Below, piece after piece: positions 28,713 through 38,152 of a DNA stretch of 51,758 bases (position 1 is its first letter; the number at the start of each line of letters is the position of its first letter). This stretch comes from Nitrospinota bacterium. Its GTDB lineage: Bacteria; Nitrospinota; Nitrospinia; CAJXCL01. The notes under the pieces are model-generated. The model ran no database searches, was not told the origin of the DNA, and saw only the letters and a program-made list of their open reading frames with translations. The translations under genes were made by a program, and so were the position numbers. Location: contig DASCNB010000011.1 of assembly GCA_036011265.1 (NCBI GenBank), positions 1-51,758 on the forward strand. The letters are read 5' to 3'.

Positions 28713-28804
28713 TTTTGAATTTTTTGTACTTCTTATTCGTTTAGATTTTTTTATTCCCAAAATATTATTTATCCAATTTTATTAAAAAAAAGATCAGACA
28801 CTTT

Positions 28805-28930
28805 TTAATCATAATGTTGTCCTGTATGAATAATGATTTTATTAATCTCCTTTTGTTTCTTTATATATGAACTTACAATTGCCGCTTTAATAAATTTGGG
28901 TCTCTCCCCAAAAACTGTTGCTATTTTCAT
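28805..28930 (-). pseudogene. orphan N-terminal fragment (41 codons) of a second UDP-GlcNAc 2-epimerase gene
   Basis: My translation is MKIATVFGERPKFIKAAIVSSYIKKQKEINKIIIHTGQHYD*. It parallels MKVFLVVGGRPNFMKVAPI...HTGQHYD of the intact wecB just downstream. Confidence 0.6.
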
Positions 28931-29199
28931 ATTATTCCACTAATTGCAGTTAAACCAATGATACCAATAACCTTCATTATGAGAAGTTGGCAAGGTTTAA
29001 CAAAACAAAATAGGAAAGAAAAAAGAGATTTTATATCTGAAAAGTTTATCAACGTATTATGGCGTCGTTTTCCTTATCATTTTAAAGTTCTAATACCGTT
29101 TTGCACGCAGGCAACAAATGCTTTTTCGAACATTAAACTAATTTCTGCAATCTGAGTTATAAGATATAATTAGAATTTTTCCATATGAAGAGCCTGATT

Positions 29200-29889
29200 T
29201 CATATCTTTTTACAAACCACTAAATGCCAGTGGTAATCATACCCAAAACAATCATCCTGGACAGAAGCAAAAGCAAAATCAGAAAAGTACTTAGAAAAAA
29301 CATCTTCTATTTCTTGTTTATTTTCAAACATTCTCATTATCGCTCCATTTCTGGCATTAAATGGATCGTTTCGAATAATTTGGTACCCCTTTTTCAATTC
29401 TTCACTGCCATGATAGATAAAGCATGTTTTTTTAGGAATGGAAAGAATAAGATGTCTACCTTTTTTGAGCACTCTGTTAAATTCTTTAATATGTTGCCCA
29501 AAGTTTGTACTTTCCTGCATGTAATAGCAGCTATTCCAAGACACAAGATAATCAAAAAAGTTATTCTCAAATGGAATGGAGTCATTCATACCAGCCCTAA
29601 CATCAATATTCTCAAGACCTAATTGGTTTAAATCTGATTTTACTTTTTTTGCAATTTCTTCTGTAATTTCTACTCCATAAACATCAAAACCGCATTTTTT
29701 TAGAAAAGGAAGGTTCTTACCTTTTCCGCAACCTAAATCTAAGACTTTTTGGTCCTTATACTGGGATTTATCAAAATCTAACAATGGATATTTTCCCTTA
29801 AAGATTCTAATCAAATATTCAGCCGGATAACTCATTTCGTTTGCAGAAAGATATATTTTTTCCCATGCTTTCTTTGCATCATAACTCAT
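29200..29889 (-). CDS. class I SAM-dependent methyltransferase
   Basis: 229 aa. VLDLGCGKGKNLPFLKKCGFDVYGVEIT. Confidence 0.75.
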   Translation of the reverse strand: MSYDAKKAWEKIYLSANEMSYPAEYLIRIFKGKYPLLDFDKSQYKDQKVLDLGCGKGKNLPFLKKCGFDVYGVEITEEIAKKVKSDLNQLGLENIDVRAGMNDSIPFENNFFDYLVSWNSCYYMQESTNFGQHIKEFNRVLKKGRHLILSIPKKTCFIYHGSEELKKGYQIIRNDPFNARNGAIMRMFENKQEIEDVFSKYFSDFAFASVQDDCFGYDYHWHLVVCKKI

Positions 29890-29905
29890 AGCAAACTCCT
29901 TAATT

Positions 29906-30673
29906 TTAATTGTTTATGCCTATTACTTCAATTATCTCCCCTGAAGGACCAATGGCAAAAAAAATGTTTAACAGCTTTTTGTTTAAATTAAATTTCTTGA
30001 CCATTTCAGTGACTTTAATACTTTCTTTTTCAAGAGATTCTTTTTCTTTTTCTGCAGAGTTAGTTATAAAGGCGAGACAATTAAATCCTTTTGAATCTAA
30101 ATAAAAGGGTCTATTTACATTTTTTTCTTTTTTTAAAATAATCTGGTATACATCATTAGTAAACATGGAATTAAACTGCAAAAAAGCAAATTTTTTTTCA
30201 ATGCTGATAGGTTTAAAATTAAAATATTCCCAAAAAAGAACTGACTCCTTAATATTTTCCGTTTTTATAATGATTTTATTAAACTTAAATGAGTGTCTCT
30301 CTGCAGTATTTTGAATGTAAACAGGCAAGTCGAAAGCTTTTAAAGTGGCTTTTTGCAATATTATGTTATTTATAATTTGCTCTCCTGTATGCACAAAGTA
30401 ATTCTCCGGCATATTATCAAATATCGGGCTAAGATATGATTCCGCAGGATCTATTGATCTGTGGTTCAGGAGTTCAATGCTAAAGTTGCTGGGGCAGGTA
30501 AGCAGAGCCACATCAAGGTCTTCAGTAAAATGCTTTAGCATCGGTTTTTTTGTGGCCAGATTCTGACAGCTTTTTTCTATAAAATGCTCTTTATACCCTA
30601 AAGATTTGAATATCTTACAATCTTCTTCAAAGTTCAGTGAGGAAAAAGCCACATGATCAATCTGAAAAATCAT
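29906..30673 (-). CDS. hypothetical protein, possibly a two-module VOC (glyoxalase/dioxygenase-like) fold
   Basis: 255 aa. N-terminal IDHVAFSSLNFEEDCKIFKSLGY resembles the first beta-alpha-beta unit of VOC proteins. Weak evidence. Confidence 0.3.
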   Translation of the reverse strand: MIFQIDHVAFSSLNFEEDCKIFKSLGYKEHFIEKSCQNLATKKPMLKHFTEDLDVALLTCPSNFSIELLNHRSIDPAESYLSPIFDNMPENYFVHTGEQIINNIILQKATLKAFDLPVYIQNTAERHSFKFNKIIIKTENIKESVLFWEYFNFKPISIEKKFAFLQFNSMFTNDVYQIILKKEKNVNRPFYLDSKGFNCLAFITNSAEKEKESLEKESIKVTEMVKKFNLNKKLLNIFFAIGPSGEIIEVIGINN

Positions 30674-30756
30674 TTTCTGTAACTACCAACTCCAAGTATA
30701 GTTTTAAATATTTTTTTAATTCCTCTTCTTAATATTCTGTAGTTTGATCCCTGATA

Positions 30757-31584
30757 TTAATCAGGATCGATTGTCCCTGCAATTAAGAAGTTTGGATCAT
30801 TTTTAAGTTCTTTTTTAATCAGCTCAAAGGTATCTTTAGCTGAGATACAAACTATCTGTCCTTTTCCTAAAACGGCTATTTGAGCCAAAGCCATTTCTCT
30901 GGCTTTTCTATCAAATTTCGGATAGTCAGGTCTATAAACCGGATTATCTTTATTATAAGCAAAATGGTAAAATATTCTTTGTTCCACCTTGTCACCCTTT
31001 ATTAGTTCACCATTAAATGGTTTATCGTACCTGTAATGTATTTTTAATTCCCTTTCCACATAATGAATGAACGTGGAAGCGGCGTCAAAATTAAAATTAC
31101 AAAATTTCCCATCAATTTTTATAAACCTGTCCCAAAACCCTTCCTTAGCATAAGGATTCTCAGGGGCATTTTTTGTAATATATTCGGCTTTACTCCCTAC
31201 GGCTGTGATTGAAAAGTTAGCATCTTCCGACCTTAAAGACTCAGGGTCCTTTCTCATCATTTCGGATAAGAAACCACAAATGCCCGGAGTTTTATCAATA
31301 TCAAATTTCTTATTCCAACAAAAGCTATAACTAAAGGTTGGTTGAATCCATGTTCCTTCATTCCCTATCACTTCAAAAACAGCCTCTTTAAATATCCTGT
31401 AATAATCATCTCCGCTTGTCGATTCTTCAAGTTTCCCAAAAGCACCCACATTACTATATGTAAAAATATGGTCTTTTTTTGAGATTCCAACTTCGAGAAG
31501 GGCCTGAATAATATTCTGCCTGTTATAGTTATAAGCTCCTTGTTTCATTTGTTTTTTTTTCAATAATTTCCGCCAATCCCTCAA
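30757..31584 (-). CDS. AAC(3)-family (Antibiotic_NAT-like) N-acyltransferase
   Basis: 275 aa. LLEVGISKKDHIFTYSNVGAFG, EGTWIQPTFSYSF, LRSEDANFSITAVGSKAEYI and ASTFIHYVE follow the order of AAC(3) family blocks. The start is probably the internal Met at 31548. Overlaps the ACP gene. Confidence 0.55.
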   Translation of the reverse strand: MRDWRKLLKKKQMKQGAYNYNRQNIIQALLEVGISKKDHIFTYSNVGAFGKLEESTSGDDYYRIFKEAVFEVIGNEGTWIQPTFSYSFCWNKKFDIDKTPGICGFLSEMMRKDPESLRSEDANFSITAVGSKAEYITKNAPENPYAKEGFWDRFIKIDGKFCNFNFDAASTFIHYVERELKIHYRYDKPFNGELIKGDKVEQRIFYHFAYNKDNPVYRPDYPKFDRKAREMALAQIAVLGKGQIVCISAKDTFELIKKELKNDPNFLIAGTIDPD

Positions 31585-31795
31585 TCGTCATAAATTTTCT
31601 ATCCTGGAATTCATCATTTTCAAAGGAAATATTATATGTTTCTTCTATAACACTTATAAAAGAAATAAATTGGATTGAATCAATCCAGGCTTCGTTAAAG
31701 TAATTAAGATAAAGATTATCTTTAATTGCCTTTTCTTCAATAGATGTGTTTTTTGCAAACCAATTAATCAAGTTATCTTTTATTTCCTTGCTCAT
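31529..31795 (-). CDS. acyl carrier protein-like #2
   Basis: 88 aa. AWIDSIQFISFISVIEETY (DS-motif serine followed by an amphipathic helix). Confidence 0.65.
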   Translation of the reverse strand: MSKEIKDNLINWFAKNTSIEEKAIKDNLYLNYFNEAWIDSIQFISFISVIEETYNISFENDEFQDRKFMTIEGLAEIIEKKTNETRSL

Positions 31796-31873
31796 TAAAT
31801 CCTCATAAAAATATATCTTTTGAACTAAAACATTTACTGCAACATCCTTTTTAAAATAACAACTAAATTAAAA

Positions 31874-33475
31874 CTACAGCTTTGCCAGTCTTTTCCACCT
31901 TTTTTCTGCTTCAAGCAGATCAATAACTGATGACCTGTTACAGGGGATACCATTTTCCTTTGCAAGATTTATAAACCTGATAGCCCTGTCCATAGCTTCT
32001 TCTCGAGAGGGCTGCAAATCTTTTAATTTATAATACCTGAATATAGATAAAGGCTCAAACTCAGGAGGAAACCTATCCTGCAAGCCTCCATTATTATCCA
32101 CGAATTCATCCCTGCCAATTTCACCCTCTCCATAGAAGTAGAATATTGCAAGATCAAGTTCGTAAATATTATTTTTCATTTTTTTTATTAAACTTAGTGT
32201 TTCCTGGAAATGTTCTTCAGTTTCACCGGGAAAGCCCACAATCCAATACGTTGTTGTTTTAATTCCTGATTTCCTAAGACATTCCAAGGAATTCATTTGC
32301 GCTCCCGGTGTTACTTTTTTATTCATCGCTTTAAGTATTTGCGCTGAACCGCTCTCCATTCCAAGTCGTATACGGGATAAACCTGCTTTTGCCCATAAAT
32401 CCGTAAACTCCTGCATCTGTGTATGCTTATCTACGCGCATATAACAATCCATTTCTATTTTTATTTTTTTACTCAGAAGTTTTTTTGCGAGACCATTTAA
32501 ACTATGATTCATTAGAGCATCGGTAAAAAAATATCCTTTCTTACCATATTTTTCCTCATGCGCTTCAATCTCTTTTATAATTCTTTCGACACTCATAGTT
32601 CGAAAGTTACCCCATACCATAGTCTCCGAACAAAAGGAACATTTATATGGACAACCTCTTGAAACGCCGATACCGAGGTTAAAATATTTTTTCAGATTCA
32701 GGTCAGAATAATCCAAAAAAGGAAGAGAATCCATTTTCAGTTGCCCAATGTTGAAATTTAAGGCTGAGATAATTTTGCCTCCAGAATGGGGTTTTTCTAT
32801 AATTTCTTTTAAAACGAGTTCACCCTCACCAAAGATTATTTTATCAACAAAGGAGCATTTGTCTGCTAACTTCTTTAGGTTTTCTGAATCCGAGCTGATC
32901 CCGTTATACGGACCTGGGCCACCTAAAACAGTTGTTACTTCCGGAAATTTATTTTTAATTTCTCTTAATAAAAACAGTGCGGTTCCTAAGGTACTGCTTA
33001 GCATTGAACATCCGACAAAATCTGGATTAACAGAAAGCAACTCTGGAACAATTTTTTTTACATTACTGAAATGTTTGTCTAATACTGCTTCAAGTTTTTC
33101 TATAGTTAGTGCGATTTTAACCTTAGAAACATCACGTAGCAAATACTGGAAATGATCCTTAAGCAATATCTCAATATAGTTTATATATCCTTCAGGATAA
33201 TCGTCTTTAAATACCTTTGCCTGGGAATGAAAACCTAACAATTCAGATCCAAGCCTTGGGAGGATACTTTTCTCTGGAACAACAGATTTTAACACTTCCA
33301 AATACTTCCCCTGTGTATTCCATAGCTCCTGTTCCTCATTGAGATTAACTACTGTAACCTGATGACCAAATTTTTCCAGAAAAGATTTCAAAGAGACTAT
33401 TCCAACGGAAGGAGCAATGATATCCCAAAAAGTAGGCATTATTAGCAACAATTTGCATTTTTTTTTATCACTCAT
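31874..33475 (-). CDS. B12-binding-domain radical SAM enzyme (class B) #3
   Basis: 533 aa. KLLLIMPTFWD...DFVGCSMLSS B12-like domain, then VSRGCPYKCSFCSE. Confidence 0.8.
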   Translation of the reverse strand: MSDKKKCKLLLIMPTFWDIIAPSVGIVSLKSFLEKFGHQVTVVNLNEEQELWNTQGKYLEVLKSVVPEKSILPRLGSELLGFHSQAKVFKDDYPEGYINYIEILLKDHFQYLLRDVSKVKIALTIEKLEAVLDKHFSNVKKIVPELLSVNPDFVGCSMLSSTLGTALFLLREIKNKFPEVTTVLGGPGPYNGISSDSENLKKLADKCSFVDKIIFGEGELVLKEIIEKPHSGGKIISALNFNIGQLKMDSLPFLDYSDLNLKKYFNLGIGVSRGCPYKCSFCSETMVWGNFRTMSVERIIKEIEAHEEKYGKKGYFFTDALMNHSLNGLAKKLLSKKIKIEMDCYMRVDKHTQMQEFTDLWAKAGLSRIRLGMESGSAQILKAMNKKVTPGAQMNSLECLRKSGIKTTTYWIVGFPGETEEHFQETLSLIKKMKNNIYELDLAIFYFYGEGEIGRDEFVDNNGGLQDRFPPEFEPLSIFRYYKLKDLQPSREEAMDRAIRFINLAKENGIPCNRSSVIDLLEAEKRWKRLAKL

Positions 33476-33580
33476 ATAGGCAGGATTTTTATTTGAGTTG
33501 TATCCATTGATTGCCAGAAAGGAAGAAATCGGGCACGCCCTTCTTGATTATTTTTCTTCAATCCGTTGCTCAAATCAATT

Positions 33581-35065
33581 TCAGTTTTTACTTGTTTCCA
33601 TAAATCTTCTTAAAGTCAGTTTATCAACTTTCTCGTTAATATTTTTAGGTAAATTATCGATTGGGACAAACTCATCAACATAATAGTCTCTTCCAAGTTT
33701 TTTTATGATTTCTTTATTTAAGTTCTTTTTTATGTCTTCAACAAATGTTTTATCTTCTAAAACAAAAAAGCAGACTGTCTTCTCTCCTAAAATCGAATCA
33801 TCCAATCCTAATATTACCTGGTCTTCAAAAACATTATTACTGGCTATAAATTTTTCAACCTTCTCGGGATTAATATTGACTCCTCCCCGAATAATGATAT
33901 CTTTTTTTCTTCCATTTATTGTTAAGAATCGATCCTCGTTCAAATAACCAATGTCGCCTGAACGATATTTCTCACCATAAAAATAATCTTCTGTTTTTTC
34001 ATTTAAATAACCTGAAAAACGCCAGGGAACATCTATTAAAAGCTCCTCTTCTTCTGTAAAGGATACCTTTACTCCGTCTAATAATTGCCCGACACTACCT
34101 TCTAACTTTTTCCCAGGGGAATTTGCTGAAACAAAAAGAAGCTCTGACAAACCATAAGTTTCAAATAAGGGAATATTATATTTTTCTTCAAAAAATTTTT
34201 TTGTCCTGACATTTAAAGGAGCTGTGGCAACACAACCTACAATACCGCGTTGCAAGGCATAATTTATTCCTTCCTTTCCTCTATCAACCTTCAACAGCAG
34301 AGATAGAATAGAGGGAATAAAGCAAAAGGTATTAACAGAATATTTGATTGGGAGTTCCCAGAACCTTAAAATACTCGATATATTAAATTGCTCCCCGATA
34401 ATCAGCCGTCCTCCACAAAGAAAAGGCAGGAATATAAGGTTAAGAATCCCTGCCATATATGCCATAGAAAGATTATGATAGAAAATATTTTTTGGCCCAA
34501 AATGAAATACCCTACTAAAGGCTAAAGCACTTTTTGCGAGGTTATTAAAAGAATGAAGAACTCCTTTTGGCTTTCCTACAGAACCTGAAGTCATAGCAAT
34601 CAGGAAAGTATTCTCGTAGTCAACTGAATTAAAAATATCTAAACTCTTTATAGATTCGTTTCTTTTTTCATATAGAGCTTTTTTTATTTCGGTTAAATCT
34701 AAATAATTATCAAATAATGGATTCTTAGGGCCAGAGCAAATAGTTTTCTTATAATTAATTAGTGATATAATATCTTTGATTTCATTTTCTCCTCTATTCT
34801 TATCGACCGGTACAATGACTAATCCAAGTAATAAGGAGGAAAAATAAAGAATAACTAGCTCAAGGGAGTTCGGTTCAAAAAAGATAACGGCATCTTTTTC
34901 TTTAAGCCCCGACTTTTCCAACTGGTCTCTGCCGTTCAAAATGCAATGAAAAAAATCAGAGTAACGCAATGTCCGGCCGTTAAAACCATCAACAACAAAT
35001 ACCTCGTGCCAGTTTTTTTTTAAAAGAGATTTTATGTGTCCAGCAATATCAGCTTTTTGTTCCAT
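33581..35065 (-). CDS. AMP-dependent synthetase/ligase (adenylate-forming; candidate acyl-ACP ligase)
   Basis: 494 aa. MTSGSVGKPKGV (A3), YGLSE, YRSGDIGY, GRKKDIIIRGG. Confidence 0.8.
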   Translation of the reverse strand: MEQKADIAGHIKSLLKKNWHEVFVVDGFNGRTLRYSDFFHCILNGRDQLEKSGLKEKDAVIFFEPNSLELVILYFSSLLLGLVIVPVDKNRGENEIKDIISLINYKKTICSGPKNPLFDNYLDLTEIKKALYEKRNESIKSLDIFNSVDYENTFLIAMTSGSVGKPKGVLHSFNNLAKSALAFSRVFHFGPKNIFYHNLSMAYMAGILNLIFLPFLCGGRLIIGEQFNISSILRFWELPIKYSVNTFCFIPSILSLLLKVDRGKEGINYALQRGIVGCVATAPLNVRTKKFFEEKYNIPLFETYGLSELLFVSANSPGKKLEGSVGQLLDGVKVSFTEEEELLIDVPWRFSGYLNEKTEDYFYGEKYRSGDIGYLNEDRFLTINGRKKDIIIRGGVNINPEKVEKFIASNNVFEDQVILGLDDSILGEKTVCFFVLEDKTFVEDIKKNLNKEIIKKLGRDYYVDEFVPIDNLPKNINEKVDKLTLRRFMETSKN

Positions 35066-36122
35066 CCTGCTCTTTTCCTATATACCTGCTGAAATTATAC
35101 TTGCCGAGATAAATATTTTCTTTGCCACTCATCTTTTGAGCAATACTTTCCAGAACATCCTCTTCCATATTCACCTTATTTACTTTAGTATATTCAATCA
35201 TTAATACTGCCGGATCAACGCTGTATTTTGCAGCAAACTTTTGAATATGATGCATAAAGCTTGAATGAAAATCAGCAAAACCAGATACGATATCCAATGG
35301 AACTTTTCCGGTAACATTTATGAGTGGTTGAATATATTTTTGTCCGATTTCCAGTACCTTTAAAAAATCAATGTTAGTTGCATACCCCTTTTTAAGAAAA
35401 GTTGCTAACAATATTTCAGTAGAAGCGTTACCAGAGCTTCTACCCAGCCCCTGTAATGATGAATCAATATAATCAATACCTGCATCAATCGCTACTAAGC
35501 TATTGGCGATTGCGAGACCTAAATTATCATGGCCATGAAAACCAAGGGGAATATCAGATATCTCTCTAATTACTTTATAGTACTCCTTAATTTGTTCAGG
35601 AAACATCCCTCCAGCTGAATCTACTATGTAGATAATATCAGCGCCATATTGTTCAGAAAGTTTCACTTTTTTGGCAAATTCTTCTGGAGAAAACGAGTAA
35701 GACTTCATAAAGTTGCTTGACACAAGCATTCCATAATCCTTGGCTTTCTTTATAAACGGTTCAGAAGAGGCAACTTTATCAATATCTGTTCCGATCCTGA
35801 GAAAGCCTATATTATGCTTTGCTGCAATATCAATATTTTTTAGTTCGGCAATGCCGGGAATACAGAACATACCATATTTAGCTTTTTTCAGGACGCTTTC
35901 CGCGGCTATCATATATTCTTCATCGGTGTGAGCGGCAACTCCGTAACCCCGGTTACTCGCGTTCATTCCCACACCATGTCCTATTTCAATATACTCAAAT
36001 CCCGCGCTTTCAAGCTCCCTACAAATAATTGAGGTATCGGTCATGGAGAAAGAAAAGTTAACCGCATAACTACCGTCCCTGAGTGTTGTATCAATAATTA
36101 TTACTTTTTCCATTTCAATCAC
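35049..36122 (-). CDS. DmpG/RhiG-type class II aldolase (HMGL-like TIM barrel; 4-hydroxy-2-oxoacid aldolase family)
   Basis: 357 aa. IIDTTLRDGSYAV, FHGHDNLGLAIANSLVAIDAG, GLGRSSGNASTE, and a C-terminal communication-domain-like FADFHSSFMHHIQKFAAKY. Collinear with DmpG as I recall it. Confidence 0.7.
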   Translation of the reverse strand: MIEMEKVIIIDTTLRDGSYAVNFSFSMTDTSIICRELESAGFEYIEIGHGVGMNASNRGYGVAAHTDEEYMIAAESVLKKAKYGMFCIPGIAELKNIDIAAKHNIGFLRIGTDIDKVASSEPFIKKAKDYGMLVSSNFMKSYSFSPEEFAKKVKLSEQYGADIIYIVDSAGGMFPEQIKEYYKVIREISDIPLGFHGHDNLGLAIANSLVAIDAGIDYIDSSLQGLGRSSGNASTEILLATFLKKGYATNIDFLKVLEIGQKYIQPLINVTGKVPLDIVSGFADFHSSFMHHIQKFAAKYSVDPAVLMIEYTKVNKVNMEEDVLESIAQKMSGKENIYLGKYNFSRYIGKEQDGTKS

Positions 36123-36146
36123 TTCCCAACAAACCGGTTCAAGTTA

Positions 36147-36806
36147 TTATTTATAAACACATACTCTCACCGGAGCGCCATCTCCGTCTTTTATTTTTAG
36201 TGGCATTACAATAATGTTCCAACCTTTATAGTCTTCAACTTTATCAAGATTAGCCAGATATTCAACTAATACAATCCCGTTTTCCAGAAAGATCTTGTGT
36301 ACAGGGGAATCACTATTTCCCGTAAGTTTATTGCGGCTGTCATCCGGTGACGGGCTGTCTAAACCAATCAACTCAATTCCTTTTGAAACTAAATATTTTG
36401 CTGCAGAATTAGTAAAATAGGGATAACCTTTATAAAACTTTCTATTACCCCAGTATTCACCCCAACCAAATTTAAAGACCATTTTTTTTGATATTTGAAC
36501 TTGTGCCAACATTTTTTCGGTTATCGCTTCGTCTTCATTAAGATTGCTAAAATCAATTATAGTTACCTTCCCAATTAGTTTTTCTAAAGGGATTTGATCA
36601 ATGGTCGGCCTATCTTTGATAAAATGACGTGGAGCATCAGCGTGAGTCCCTGTATGAGTTCCCAAGCAAACCTCTCTTGTTTCACGACCTTCTATGTTAA
36701 GCCTGCCTAATTGCCTGATGGAAACTTCCGGATGCCAGGGGGCTGCAAAAGTAGTCATGCCTTCCTCAATGGGGTAAGTTAAATCTATAAAGACAGTATT
36801 ATTCAT
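36147..36806 (-). CDS. cyclase-family protein (kynurenine formamidase-like metallohydrolase)
   Basis: 219 aa. GTHTGTHADAPRHF (HxGTHxDxPxH). Confidence 0.75.
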   Translation of the reverse strand: MNNTVFIDLTYPIEEGMTTFAAPWHPEVSIRQLGRLNIEGRETREVCLGTHTGTHADAPRHFIKDRPTIDQIPLEKLIGKVTIIDFSNLNEDEAITEKMLAQVQISKKMVFKFGWGEYWGNRKFYKGYPYFTNSAAKYLVSKGIELIGLDSPSPDDSRNKLTGNSDSPVHKIFLENGIVLVEYLANLDKVEDYKGWNIIVMPLKIKDGDGAPVRVCVYK

Positions 36807-36815
36807 TTTTTTATA

Positions 36816-38105
36816 CTATTTATCTTCATTAACAAGAATATCTTCATCAAGAAGTTTTTTTACAATAGGCAAGCAGTCAATTAAATAAAGGCCAATATTA
36901 TCACATACCTCTAACAAGTCGTGCTTACCATCCAAGTAGTTTAAAAGTAATGATAATGTGTGTGAATATACCCTATTTTTTTTACTTATGTGAGGCATTA
37001 AACCTCTTTTACCGAGTTGAGGTTCACAAGGAAATGGTACACGGTAATAATAATTATTTTCAAGAACTACTAAACACTTGAGAATCGCATTATAACCTCC
37101 CTCCAAACCCGAAGGGGTGATAAGTGATAAGTCATCTAAGGATGTATGATATTCTGGGTATGTTCCAGGCCGTGATCTCATGACTGATACCACCGGTAAC
37201 CTAACATTGGGACTGCAGTATTGCTGCTCATCACTCCCGCCCTTGTCCCAAAAATTGTATTCTTTATAATCTCGCGCAATATTTTTTAACACATGTTTTG
37301 CAACCCGGTCTGTCAGAGTGTCACCCCAGGGTGACGGAGTAAAAGAATAATCACGATCATCTCCTACACATGATACAACAAATCCCGCAACCGTATTTTT
37401 TTTCATGGCATCCAGGTTCCGGCTTAAGTAAACAATAGAACCAATTGTTTCAGGAACAAACACTATCCGGTAAGTATAACGGCGCTCATCTAAGTTACTC
37501 AACCACCTTGCAAGTGCAACTGTTACCACAGGCCCGGAAAGTTCATTATTGGCCATAGATGGGTGACAGATATAAGTTGAAAGTAATATTTCTTTCTTTT
37601 CATTCCCCGGTAAAATAATATCTCCGTATGTCAGGCTCCCTGGTTTTAAGCTGCTGTCTATAACAGCATGATATTTTCCCGGCTTTAATCTTAAGCGTTG
37701 CTCATGCGTTAAGCAAAACCCCCACCAGCGTTTGTAATATGAAGCAACATAAGGTATTGCATTAGGTTGGTCTGGTAAAGAATATAGACGTTTGTCCAGT
37801 TCTTCCAGAGGAAGCCAGATATCCACTGGTTCTGAATAGTTCACGACATGCAAATTGTGCTGCTTAAAATCAATTACTCTATTCCCATTTTCGTCCTCAA
37901 CATAAGCATTGCGGATATTCCACTCATCAGGAACGATCCAATCATATGCCTTAGTTCCAGAGGGAACTTCATGTATCGTAAGGTCGGGCAACAAATCTTT
38001 AATATAGCGTAATGTCTTTCTGTTCCCTTCCCCTGTAAGGCTACGACATATATGGAATAAATCACGCACCCAAGCATATGTTTCATGTCCAATTGAATCT
38101 TTCAT
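36816..38105 (-). CDS. aminopeptidase-like-domain protein (DUF4910/DUF2172 type) of polysaccharide loci
   Basis: 429 aa. N-terminal RDLFHICRSLTGEGNRKTL and CHPSMANNELSGPVV resemble the COG4310-type family. Confidence 0.55.
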   Translation of the reverse strand: MKDSIGHETYAWVRDLFHICRSLTGEGNRKTLRYIKDLLPDLTIHEVPSGTKAYDWIVPDEWNIRNAYVEDENGNRVIDFKQHNLHVVNYSEPVDIWLPLEELDKRLYSLPDQPNAIPYVASYYKRWWGFCLTHEQRLRLKPGKYHAVIDSSLKPGSLTYGDIILPGNEKKEILLSTYICHPSMANNELSGPVVTVALARWLSNLDERRYTYRIVFVPETIGSIVYLSRNLDAMKKNTVAGFVVSCVGDDRDYSFTPSPWGDTLTDRVAKHVLKNIARDYKEYNFWDKGGSDEQQYCSPNVRLPVVSVMRSRPGTYPEYHTSLDDLSLITPSGLEGGYNAILKCLVVLENNYYYRVPFPCEPQLGKRGLMPHISKKNRVYSHTLSLLLNYLDGKHDLLEVCDNIGLYLIDCLPIVKKLLDEDILVNEDK

Positions 38106-38152
38106 GATGATTTATCCTGTTTAACCCTTTCTCATAATAAAATATTATTTTC

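Noticed and set aside
30757-31584. AAC(3) aminoglycoside-resistance gene
   Set aside because: The fold-family resemblance is real. However, the gene overlaps a dedicated ACP gene and sits inside a biosynthetic operon with no mobile-element context, so a biosynthetic N-acyltransferase role is more likely than drug resistance.
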